Shown here piece by piece: positions 24,479 to 35,837 of a stretch of DNA of 36,941 bases. The DNA is from Octopus bimaculoides (Eukaryota), in the NCBI RefSeq assembly GCF_001194135.2, contig NC_068993.1:14859438-14896378 (forward strand), written 5' to 3'. The position numbers and the translations under genes were made by a program. The notes under the pieces are model-generated. The model was given only the letters and a program-made list of their open reading frames with translations, did not search any database and was not told the DNA's origin. Every line of letters starts with the position of its first letter. Position 1 is the first letter of the stretch.

Positions 24479-24587
24479 ATTTTATCTCTCTAACGACTAC
24501 AACTGTATTAACTGTATTGGTGTATGGGATATTTATAAATTATAAACTACACCAATTTATTTTCGATAATTTGAAACATGATTTAAG
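24479..24587 (+). CDS. candidate exon A' (phase 1 to phase 2), TM-like: (D)FISLTTTTVLTVLVYGIFINYKLHQFIFDNLKHDL(R)
   Basis: Long polypyrimidine tract plus TAG acceptor, AG|GTATGC donor, open frame. It is 6 nt (frame-preserving) shorter than exon A. Confidence 0.5.
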
Positions 24588-25773
24588 GTATGCTGTTTCT
24601 GAATGCCTAACTTTACAACGTTTAGCCCTTCTGTATGAAGGTTAGAACGTAAATACGACAAGAGAATGGTAGTTGTGAATGTGAATAATTTATTATATAA
24701 CTCTATAACGTCAGTATATTGACAGACCAGTGAGACAGCACAATCATAGAACAAAATCTTAGTTAATATTTATAGTGGTGGTGATGATTTCAGATTTCAG
24801 CTAATTACATGAGAATATGTATAACGTATTTCTGAAGGCGTTTTGAGAAGTGTTGATCACGCATGGATACGACAGAATGCAAAGATATATCACTAACAAC
24901 TGGCGTCTCCGGTTCTCCTTTACTTAAATGTATTTGATATCCATATCTATAATTAATGGTGTACAGATGGCAAGTTTGAATAATCCGAAACCAACATTTT
25001 AAAACCTGCATACAAATAAAACATTATCATTTTAACTCTTGACTGTGGATTAGATTATAACATTATAGAATGTTCATTTTCTTTTTCTTTCTTGACACAG
25101 AGATTTAAATCTTTGTCGAAAACATTAAATATTTACGAAATACGAGATTACAACTATCTGCTATTAATTCTTTAATTGGAGAATTAAATTTAATGTAAAG
25201 ATATACAGGCAATGTATCTCTTATATTTATCACCAAAACCATTATATGGTAACATTTTTTTTCTGCGCTCTTCAGTCTATGAATATGTAATGAAGCTTTT
25301 ACATTAATCATGCCAAAATTATTATGCTAAACTCATATATTAATTATTTTCCTTTCATCTAAATCTACATTTGCTTAGAATAGTAAAAAAAGTTTTCGAA
25401 ACACCCAAGACATTAGAGCGAATATTTATTACCTTCTGTGGAATACCACAAGAAATCCGAATTCATTATTTCTGAAGATCATTTTAAAATATATCATAAA
25501 TGATTTAAAGCCATGGCAGAATTCCACATTAATTTATACGTCTTAGAAATTCTTTCAATAATAGACACATTACGTGGCTAATTATTCTGGTAGTATTCGC
25601 TGCCATGTATTCCTGAAACCAAAATTTAGATTCTAAAACATGACATAATAGAAAATGAATTACTGGATAGATTATTTCTGGAAACGAATGAGCAAATTAT
25701 ACAAATTTATATTATTCAAATAAATTGTGATTTACTGAAAGAGTTACGCAAAAATTCTTAATTAGCTGAAATA

Positions 25774-25931
25774 TGCAGGCGTAGCTGTGTGGTAAAAGAC
25801 TTTCTTCCCAACCACATGGATCCGAGTTCAGATTGACTGCTTGGCACATTCGGCAAGGAACTTCCATTAAGCCTCAGGCAGATCAAAGCCTTGTGAATGG
25901 ATGTAGTAGACGGAAACTGAAAAAAACATTG

Positions 25932-25999
<68 letters not shown>

Positions 26000-26050
26000 G
26001 TGTGTGTGCGTGTGTGTGTGCGTATGCCTGCATTTGTCGCCCATGACATG
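25774..26050 (+). mobile_element. SINE family II, head + core + microsatellite, 3'-truncated
   Basis: GCAGGCGTAGCTGTGTGGTAA A-box-like head, CCAACCACATGGATCCGAGTTCAG B-box region, AAAGCCTTGTGAATGG..GTAGACGGAAACTGAA core. Confidence 0.85.
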
Positions 26051-26213
26051 ATCGTGTAAAATTAATGTGAAGTTTAAGATAAAATTGACTACTATTTTCT
26101 TACCAATAAGAATGTTGCTTAGCAAATAGCTCAATTCATTTTACCTGTAGCGTGTATATCCATCATTTACGGAAGTGTGACCTTAAAACTAATATATAAA
26201 GTTTCATTAAAAG

Positions 26214-26422
26214 TGGTGATCTAGTTGAATCATTAGCACGCCGGGCAAATTGCTTAACGCTATTTCGTCCGTCTTTACTGTTACAGTTCAATTTCCTTCG
26301 AAATCGACTTTACCCTTCATCTTTTCATGATCGACAAAAAGAGTACCAGTTGAGTACGGTGGTCGACGTCATCGATTTACACCCTCCACAGAACTTACTA
26401 GTCTCATGCAAAGGTTTAAAAC
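26214..26422 (+). mobile_element. family I SINE, degenerate
   Basis: GAATCATTAGCACGCCGGGCAAATTGCTTA..TATTTCGTCCGTCTTTAC..GAGTACCAGTTGAGTAC. Confidence 0.8.
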
Positions 26423-27271
26423 ACAACGTATACAGTTTCACAGGAATTCTGAAATGAATTAGCAACTGAGATAATCAACATATTCTATGGTTCAAATCTT
26501 AACGACGAAATAGGATTATCATTCTGAAGAAAAATTTATCTAAATAAAATAAAAAAAGAACTTCTGAAGCTGCAGAGAAATACTAGGATTGAAATCTTTT
26601 TTTCTTTTCTTTTCTTTTTTTTATGTCAAAAATTACTGCGGCGGAATCTAAAAGAAAGCAACCTCTGCGGCCACGTGACAGATTGTGTTGGAAGTTTCGA
26701 GAACTTTGCAAATTTTTTGGAATATACGTAAAGGGTATGCTAACTAAATTTCGTTCTATCTCTATTAATTATTTCCTTAATCAGTTCAAGTTAAAAGTAG
26801 ATGTTCATAGGAAAACTAAAATAGCAAAACTTAAATAACCTAGACTATCATTTATATAGTGTTATAAGAGCATCTTGGCCTGTTAGTAATATTGATGTTA
26901 CATCAGCGTTATCTTGTGAGGGTTAACGTAATGAATAAATACGAACTTAATCTAGTTAACTTCGTTAAGAAATTTTTAGAACCGAGATATACTTGCAAGC
27001 TAGAAGTATGTGCTTCAAAAAGAAAATCCATTATTCACACTTTCAACACCCACCAGCAAATAAATTAATTCATTTTCAGAAAGTAACATAATTTAGAATA
27101 CATAATTTTTCTAAAAAAATTATATAATATAGGACCCCAAAAAACAAAAATATTTGACAGTTCACATTTTCTTTAAAATACAGCGGCTGTGTCGAGTTTC
27201 GGAAGTGACTTAACTGGGTTAAGTTCATAAATACTGACTATAACAAGGCAGCCGAGAACGGTGTAAATATA

Positions 27272-27544
27272 AGCGCAAGCGTGATTATGTAGTAAGTTTG
27301 CTTCCCAACCACTTCGATCCGGGTTCAGTCCCGCTGCATGGCAACATGGTTAGGTATCATCCACTAAAACCTTCAGTCGAGCAAATCTCTGTAAATGAAT
27401 TTGGTAGATGGAACTGAAAGAAACCTATCTTTATGTGGGGAGGGAGTATGTGTGGGGGGGGGGGGTGCGATTTCGTCCCCATAACGATTTGGCAAAAGAA
27501 GCCGATACAATAAGTACCAGGAATCCAATAAAAAAATAAGTCAT
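27272..27544 (+). mobile_element. SINE family II, degenerate
   Basis: CTTCCCAACCAC..CCGGGTTCAGTCCC..GAATTTGGTAGATGGAACTGAAAGAA..GGCAAAAGAAGCCGATACAATAAGTACCAG. Confidence 0.8.
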
Positions 27545-27554
27545 NNNNNNNNNN

Positions 27555-27605
<51 letters not shown>

Positions 27606-27929
27606 CAAACATGCATATATGCATACCTACTTCCATACATACATACATACACGAGTTCCATATCTTTAAGTTGTATGATAAAATAGAAGCATTGAATAAA
27701 AAGGTATAGATGATATAAGAACAATATGTAATGAATGGGATCCTTATGATGACCAACTAAGGCACTTCGAGACGAAAACCTAGCGATGCTACAATCTTTT
27801 GACAGAAACTGGCAGATGAATGGTGTAGGGAAAAAAAGAGAAAAGTAAAAATAGAGAAGTTTCCTGAAAACAAATATGTTGGTTAAGTAATAAAATGGCA
27901 GAAATAATTTATTATTTCTTTTCATGGAA

Positions 27930-27942
27930 CAATAATAATAAT

Positions 27943-27992
<50 letters not shown>

Positions 27993-28039
27993 TAGTGATA
28001 ATAATAATAATGATAATAATAATAATAATAATAATAATG

Positions 28040-28111
<72 letters not shown>
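27930..28111. repeat. (AAT)n microsatellite with GAT interruptions
   Basis: Direct reading; source of the poly-N/L/I/Y ORFs. Confidence 0.98.
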
Positions 28112-28667
28112 GAGGACATATTTCCATGTTGACATTTAATAAGGTGCTAGTGAGATGGCATAAACTTCCGTAAATCAAAAAATGCATTGTGTATACCATA
28201 CGATATATGAATACTTTTGGTTTTCCGAAACTATTTCATTTAATAAATTATTTCAATATTTAATTTCATTTATGTTTTCATAATTTATTCATGTCACTTA
28301 TATAAAACATAATATAGCGGCGTTGGCAGAGGTATATATGTGTATGTGTTTGTGCTCTGAATGCTTCCATGCAAGTATACCGTAGTTATACAAATTATGG
28401 TACGAAAATTATTGAAAAATGTATCTGAATTGTATGATATTAAACATGACAATATGGAACAAATAACGATGTTTTAAAGTTATAAAATGCAAGACTCAAT
28501 CGTGCATTCTTACGTTAATTAATCCGCTTGGTCTTGTTGCATTTAAATATTATTCTACTAATAACCATCTTTTAGGGATGCGTTGTTCAAAACGCTGGCC
28601 TCCGAGCATCATTTCGCGTTCTGAGCTACAGTCCCAATATGATGTGTATGCCATATTTTTTTATGTG

Positions 28668-28773
28668 CCCCTTTAAAGCCTAGCGAGGATCATGAGCCCG
28701 GTTTCCCAGTTCATATGACGTACGTGTTGCCCCCAAGCTGGATGGGACGCCAGTCCATCGCAGCTTTACCCAA
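28668..28773 (+). mobile_element. SINE fragment carrying a Nin/Deu-domain-like core
   Basis: CTGGATGGGACGCCAGTCCATCGCAG (28738-28763) resembles the conserved CTGGATGGGATGCTAGTCCATCGCAG motif of Nin/Deu-domain SINEs, recalled from memory. Confidence 0.5.
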
Positions 28774-28933
28774 GTATGTATGTGTGCGAACAAGCGAGTT
28801 GTATATGTGTATGAAGCAATGTGTACGTGCTACTTCGTCTGTGTGTGCATATGTGCGTGTGTGTACGTTGGTATGTGTGAACGGGGCAGCTATTTATTTC
28901 ATTTTTCTTTAGGTAGATAAATAATTGTATGCT

Positions 28934-30036
28934 CTCTTTTACTCCTTTACTCTTTTATCTGTTTCAGTCATTTGACTGTGGTCATGCAGAGGCACTGAGG
29001 CACCACCTTTAGTCGAGCAAATCGACCCCAGGACTTATTCTTTGTGAACCTAGTACTTATTCTATCGGTATCTTTTGCCGAACCACTAAGTTACGGGGAC
29101 GTAAACACACCAGCATCGGTTGTCAAGCGATGTTGGGGGGACAAACACAGACACATAAACATATACACATACATGCATATATATANNNNNNNNNNNNNNN
29201 NNNNNNNNNNNNNNNNNNNNNNNNNNNNNNNNNNNNNNNNNNNNNNNNNNNNNNNNNNNNNNNNNNNNNNNNNNNNNNNNNNNNNNNNNNNNNNNNNNNN
29301 NNNNNNNNNNNNNNNNNNNNNNNNNNNNNNNNNNNNNNNNNNNNNNNNNNNNNNNNNNNNNNNNNNNNNNNNNNNNNNNNNNNNNNNNNNNNNNNNNNNN
29401 NNNNNNNNNNNNNNNNNNNNNNNNNNNNNNNNNNNNNNNNNNNNNNNNNNNNNNNNNNNNNNNNNNNNNNNNNNNNNNNNNNNNNNNNNNNNNNNNNNNN
29501 NNNNNNNNNNNNNNNNNNNNNNNNNNNNNNNNNNNNNNNNNNNNNNNNNNNNNNNNNNNNNNNNNNNNNNNNNNNNNNNNNNNNNNNNNNNNNNNNNNNN
29601 NNNNNNNNNNNNNNNNNNNNNNNNNNNNNNNNNNNNNNNNNNNNNNNNNNNNNNNNNNNNNNNNNNNNNNNNNNNNNNNNNNNNNNNNNNNNNNNNNNNN
29701 NNNNNNNNNNNNNNNNNNNNNNNNNNNNNNNNNNNNNNNNNNNNNNNNNNNNNNNNNNNNNNNNNNNNNNNNNNNNNNNNNNNNNNNNNNNNNNNNNNNN
29801 NNNNNNNNNNNNNNNNNNNNNNNNNNNNNNNNNNNNNNNNNNNNNNNNNNNNNNNNNNNNNNNNNNNNNNNNNNNNNNNNNNNNNNNNNNNNNNNNNNNN
29901 NNNNNNNNNNNTATATATATATATATATGTATGTATGTATGTATGTATGCATATATACATATATACATATATACGAAGGGCTTCTTTCAATTTGCGTCTA
30001 CCAAATCCACTCAGAAGGCTTTGGTCGGCCCGAGTA
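28934..30036 (-). mobile_element. SINE family II whose internal microsatellite contains the 29186-29911 gap
   Basis: Tail half at 28934-29155 (TGTTTCAGTCATTTGACTG..TTTAGTCGAGCAAATCGACCCCAGGACTTATTC..CATCGGTTGTCAAGCG). Core half at 29975-30036 (CTTCTTTCAATTTGCGTCTACCAAATCCACTCAGAAGGCTTTGGTCGGCCCGAG). Same orientation on both sides of the gap. Confidence 0.88.
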
Positions 30037-31245
30037 TGTGAAAATCTGTGAATTTCAATACATTATCCCTAAAAGGATTAACACTTTTACACGCAATGGA
30101 TTGTGTATTACGTTGGTTTTTCTTTTATTTCTAAATATCCCTTTGTTCTTTGTGGATCATAAAATGCTTCCTGTACAATACAATATTTCATAAAATATAA
30201 TTAAAGAATTTTAGCTGTTTTATTATACTTTATATTCCTACTTCCTACAAATGTATCTTTGTGTATGTGAATGCATGTGTATGTCACTGTTCGTTTACTG
30301 GTATTTGTATAAATTTATATAACTAAATACATACACACATATATGTATGTATATGTATGTGCATAAATATACAGCTTGAAGTAAACTAGCAGATACGTAT
30401 GCACACAGGTATACGCGCATTTACATACACTCGCTCACACATACGCACAGAGACACTCACATATGCATAGTTGATATGCACTTGGGTAGATTTGCTACGT
30501 GTATTAATATTCACTAAGTTATTTAATGCGTATGTATATAATAAAGTCGTTAAAAGATTATTTAAAGATAAGCGTATATATAGACATCTTTATTCCTATC
30601 ACTCCCTGTATAGGGCAATATGCAATTGAATATAACCACTGATAGCGTAACAAAATAATATCTACAGAAAAAATACTTCCGGTCTAATATATCCTGTATT
30701 TTCTTTCCTCAGTTACCCATTCGCCTACCGCAATAATCTCTACTTTATCAGCTCTGCATCTTCTTTTTCCGTTTCCTTTCGTATAGTGGTATATCATTAT
30801 TAGTATTATTATTATTATTTCTGGAATTACTATTATTATAATCATTTGTGATTCTCTTCATTTTATACTTTCTCTGGTATTTTCTGTATCAATTTTGGTT
30901 TATATTCGTTCAGAGTTTTACCGTGTTGGTTTTATTCCCTTTGAAAACTAGATGATTTTTTTCTATCAATATTTTTCTCCATTTTTTCTTAATCTGAAGT
31001 AATTTCCCCGCATAACTGAGGAAACGTTTCTTTCCTCTATTTTCTTCCCGTTTCATGTTTAATTCCCTCAAAGGTTTTTAGTGGATATATTCAATATTCC
31101 GATATTAATATTCTCCCCCCCTCTCTCTCTCTATCTATCTATCTATTTATCTATCTATATATCTATCTATCCATCTATCTCTAACACATACACATATACA
31201 TACAAAAGAGAGAGAGACAGGCAGATAGATAGATAGGTAGGTAGG

Positions 31246-31285
<40 letters not shown>

Positions 31286-31524
31286 ATTCTATATGCTCGG
31301 TTACGTGTGTATAAATTTCGGCACCTTGATGCCAGCATGTTGCTATTTGTAACCTAGTGTATACGCTTAGTTTTTGCGTATCTCGTAGGGACGAAAGTGA
31401 ATTATTAATCGATCAACATTTTAAGAATAAATCTTAACGAAAGGCGATGGAAAAATATCATTAATGAAATAAACGAAACAATTCAACAATTACTGAGTCT
31501 ATGTCATCTATGTTTCATATTCAG

Positions 31525-31960
31525 ATTATGAGAGTGTCTGCAAAACTGTTCAAAGGGTGGAAGTCACACACTTACAGACAATAGTCTGTTTCTGAGGAGA
31601 CGTCCCGCAGGAAACTATACTGGGATCACTATTGTTTGTGGTGGCTTTCTATGACATGCCCTCAGCCAGTCAGTCAGCCAATCCCAACAGCTAAGCTGAT
31701 GATAGAAATGTATCAAAGGCGGTCAAGAACCTTCATAACTTTCTAAAACTACAGAAAGCGATGAATACAGAAAGAGATGAGACAGCAGATGAATCCACAT
31801 CGCAACGGGAAGCACAAAGAAGAGCTGCACTGTTCAACTCTCTACTTCGCCAGAAACAAATTGTAAAAGAAACCAATCACACAGAAAAACGGTGCCCCAA
31901 TAAAAGATAAAAGAAGAGAGATACTTGAGGAATAGAACATATGCAAACAGGGGAGATGAG
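31525..31960 (+). mobile_element. decayed CR1/L2-type LINE reverse transcriptase fragment
   Basis: One frame reads RVEVTHLQTIVCF*GDVPQETILGSLLFVVAFYDMP..*ADDRNVSKAVKNLHNFLKLQKAMN, matching GVPQGxVLGPLLF..NDMP..(Y/F)ADD. Confidence 0.75.
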
Positions 31961-32324
31961 CATTTGAGTAAGACCTACTTTGTTGACCTCAAAATAGTTG
32001 TGTAGGGAATAAATGGTACCGACACGTTTGTCAAACGTATTTTACTGTAGGTTCCATATCAGCAGTAACTTGTGCGTGAATAACAATTTGAGGGACGCGT
32101 GTCTATTTTTGCAAAAGTATATGTCATTAGAAGCATGACTGCGCTTACTTTTACTTGTATAAGATCCGGTATTTGTATCAAAATGCTTAACTTTACATTC
32201 AGCAAAATATATATATATATAAATGTAAATTTAATGAGGAGAGAAGTTATCCTGAAATTTGATACCCACGACAATTCTCGAATATCCAACTTCTTTTTTA
32301 ATGTTTTTGCAGAAGAGATGTAAT

Positions 32325-32560
32325 TTATTGCAGGTCAACAATTTGTGTTGCACTTGCAACATCCTGTAATAACATGGAAGCAGTTAGGTTGTTGCGAACT
32401 GCACCAAAAGCATTTAGAAGAATTTCTATCTTTGTGTTCCAGAATGTTTTCATATATCTGATCTCAATGCTCAGGTACCGGTAATAATCTCTTTCTCGGT
32501 TCCATCCCTTGATATACAAGCTACTGTCGTATGATACTGCAACATTAGTTGCATCAACCC
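32325..32560 (-). mobile_element. decayed R4/Dong-like LINE C-terminal restriction-like endonuclease end
   Basis: NVAVSYDSSLYIKGWNRERDYYRYLSIEIRYMKTFWNTKIEILLNAFGAVRNNL..LLQDVASATQIV resembles IDVA.P.D..KE.EK..KY.DL.IEI..W..K..I...GALG.V..NL..LQKA..GT..I. Confidence 0.5.
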
Positions 32561-32611
32561 TGAGTAACTTAGAGGGAAGTACTTTTCGGCTTTAATAAAA
32601 TAGTATAATTC

Positions 32612-32642
<31 letters not shown>

Positions 32643-33590
32643 GNNNNNNNNNNNNNNNNNNNNNNNNNNNNNNNNNNNNNNNNNNNNNNNNNNNNNNNNN
32701 NNNNNNNNNNNNNNNNNNNNNNNNNNNNNNNNNNNNNNNNNNNNNNNNNNNNNNNNNNNNNNNNNNNNNNNNNNNNNNNNNNNNNNNNNNNNNNNNNNNN
32801 NNNNNNNNNNNNNNNNNNNNNNNNNNNNNNNNNNNNNNNNNNNNNNNNNNNNNNNNNNNNNNNNNNNNNNNNNNNNNNNNNNNNNNNNNNNNNNNNNNNN
32901 NNNNNNNNNNNNNNNNNNNNNNNNNNNNNNNNNNNNNNNNNNNNNNNNNNNNNNNNNNNNNNNNNNNNNNNNNNNNNNNNNNNNNNNNNNNNNNNNNNNN
33001 NNNNNNNNNNNNNNNNNNNNNNNNNNNNNNNNNNNNNNNNNNNNNNNNNNNNNNNNNNNNNNNNNNNNNNNNNNNNNNNNNNNNNNNNNNNNNNNNNNNN
33101 NNNNNNNNNNNNNNNNNNNNNNNNNNNNNNNNNNNNNNNNNNNNNNNNNNNNNNNNNNNNNNNNNNNNNNNNNNNNNNNNNNNNNNNNNNNNNNNNNNNN
33201 NNNNNNNNNNNNNNNNNNNNNNNNNNNNNNNNNNNNNNNNNNNNNNNNNNNNNNNNNNNNNNNNNNNNNNNNNNNNNNNNNNNNNNNTATTCACACACAT
33301 ATATAGACAGATGGATCTATATTTTTCTGCATGAATGCATTGTACTTAACATGTTAAGGAAGATTAGAATTCATTTTGTATTTGAACACGGAGTTTGAAA
33401 GAAATGAATATACAAGATGTGATATTTATCTGCTGGAAAATTAGTTATAAGTAAACATTTAGCCGACTTTTCAATTTCATTCATTTTACAATTTCAAACA
33501 ATAGAAATAAGAATGATACCTTTACATTATATTTGGTTGGTTCTTAACATATCGACAACTCTATAGGTATCTATCTATAACTGTCTATTG

Positions 33591-33631
<41 letters not shown>

Positions 33632-34269
33632 CACACAAACACATATATATATATATAGATATAGATATATATGTCTATATGTATATACATACACACACAT
33701 ATATATTTACATAAGCATGTATGTATATATATGTATATGCATGTGTATGCATATAGCTCTCTCTCGCTCTCTCTCCCTATCTCTCTTTATATATACACAT
33801 ACGCATATATGCTTGTACATTGATATCATATAACTCTTATGATGTTTTTTACTTACAAACTCTGTTTTAGCACAGCTTGAGATAATTTCTAATGGAATTG
33901 TTACGTGGAGCATTAACGTTCCCCTAAATACGTTACGTGCTTTCAAGCCAAGATCTTTAAAATTAATTTTACCGATACCGTAAAAAAATTTTAACCATCT
34001 ATATGACTAATATAGTGAACAAAATTACACGTCGAATCTAAAAGTGATTTGCTTGCATCTTTGCAAGATATACCGTTTTGATATATTGTTGCAATATCTT
34101 AAGTCTTCGAATATATATATATATATATATATAANNNNNNNNNNTATGGCGTTTCTAAATTTCTGATCTGTACAATAATATATACACGTGTATATATATT
34201 TATACACACACAAACAAACACATTTCCTATGGAAATTCATATTGTAAAACATTTTTAAGATACCAACAC

Positions 34270-34480
34270 CAAAACAATTTGAAACTACAGGTTCTAGCAC
34301 CAGAAAAGGGAAAAGAACGGAAACACTAGAGTTGAATTCTAACGTAAGAGATACTAAAACTCGGATCGAAGTTTAATTCTTAAAATGGGAGACAATAGAG
34401 GAGACTGATTCTAAAACTGTGGGATGTTGTGGAAAGATTCAGACAACCGCCAAGGGTTTAAAGGTGGACTGACTCATTGC
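34270..34480 (+). mobile_element. possible N-terminal zinc-finger region of a HERO/NeSL-like LINE
   Basis: GCCGKIQTTAKGLKVD resembles the CxCGKxCKNxxGLKIH motif; short and degraded. Confidence 0.22.
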
Positions 34481-34654
34481 TATAAAACAAAGAACTGTCA
34501 GCGATTGGCAGTCCTTGTCGGTAAGCAGTCCACTGTGAGCCTTTAACATAATGCAGTGAGCCTTGTGTAATATTAATAGTGGTGCATCGTGTTTATACTT
34601 CCATGTGCCTGTTTCGTTATTTTATATATATCTAAAAACAAAGATAAAATAATA

Positions 34655-34660
34655 ATAATG

Positions 34661-34738
<78 letters not shown>

Positions 34739-34758
34739 TATATATATATATATATATA
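34655..34758. repeat. (AAT)n followed by (AT)n microsatellite
   Basis: Direct reading; directly abuts the 3' end of the zinc-finger element. Confidence 0.97.
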
Positions 34759-35040
34759 TGGTGGTTGTCTACTCCTTAAACAGAGTTTGACCACCTCCTG
34801 CACCTACACCTTAGCCCTTTCATGGCGTTTGATGTGGCGTTTTAAACCAGACAGTGTTTTGAAAAAACACCCACACATTGCACCTCTGATTTGCACTACC
34901 AATACCTGCAAGTAGGTTCTGCTCATTGTGGATCCTAACATGTCTTTTAAGACCCCTATTGGATTTGCAAACCCTCTGGCACACACCACATTCAAACGTG
35001 TGCACAGACATATAATCAGAATAGCTGGATATACACACTG
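34759..35040 (-). mobile_element. 3' end of a LINE-like element encoding two C2H2 zinc fingers (frameshifted)
   Basis: HTFECGVCQRVCKSNRGLKRHVRIH, then after a frameshift RCNV..CFFKTLSGLKRHIKRHERAKV*. A 45-nt trailer leads straight into (TA)n/(ATT)n. No TGEKP linker. Confidence 0.6.
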
Positions 35041-35837
35041 CATTTAACTTGATAAACTCTTTGACAAGCATCTTAATATTGTTTTTAATGAAAACATACT
35101 GACCTGAATAAAAGAATCACCATAACAGATTTCTTATACTCATCTCTAAAAACAATAAGCTTTAATATCATTATCATAAATTGCGTTGTGTTTGCTGTTT
35201 GGGATTTACTTCATATTCATGGAGAAAATTAATTAACCAACGACATGATGAAAAGAATTAACTGCTATTCAGCAATTAATTCTGATCCTCTGTACTTAGT
35301 AAACTTGTTCGGGCAATTTGGAAGTTCGGAGTTGTTAAATATTTATCAAGGGCGCAATTAAATGGATACATTTCCAAAATACTGTTCCCCATGAAATTTC
35401 AATTCAATATCAAACACAAGTTGGTAAGGCTGGGATTATAGATATTAATTTCAGGTCATTTAGTGGATCCATATGCATACAAATTCACATTATATTATAA
35501 TTACCTGTACAGTCGCGATCGATTTGGCATAGTTTTTAATTGATTTAACAGATATCAAAAGAAGGGGAAACGTAAATTAATTGCTTGGCTTATTCTTTAA
35601 TTAAGTAGACTTTAAAAGCATGGATACTAACTTGCCAGTGTTATGAATACAGTTCACTTCTCAACCATGTAATTTCCACTTCTGTACCTGTAGGTAGTAC
35701 AAGTCTTCTACTATAAACCTGATTAACTAATACCATCTGAATAAATTCTTTACACGTAAACTATAGAAAAGCCCGTTTCATAACACACAAACACACACAC
35801 ATACACGCGCACATAAGCACACAATTATACTTATATA

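Noticed and set aside
25312-25760. Protein-like frames (ANIYYLLWNT..; ILKHDIIENELLDRLFLE..)
   Set aside because: Interrupted by several stops, weak splice signals and no recognisable family.
27895-28199. Poly-N/L/I/Y ORFs (also 9845-10036 and 34573-34915)
   Set aside because: Translations of (AAT)n microsatellites.
29044-30051. 280-335-aa ORFs
   Set aside because: Composed of SINE sequence, microsatellite and a 726-nt N-gap.
30700-31100. Pyrimidine-rich + strand with a long K/R/N-rich minus frame
   Set aside because: Low complexity explains the scarcity of stops; no motif recognised.
35130-35290. DF..SLKT.. and SAINS peptides resembling the A and C modules
   Set aside because: The similarity is short and could come from AT-rich composition; it needs a profile search.
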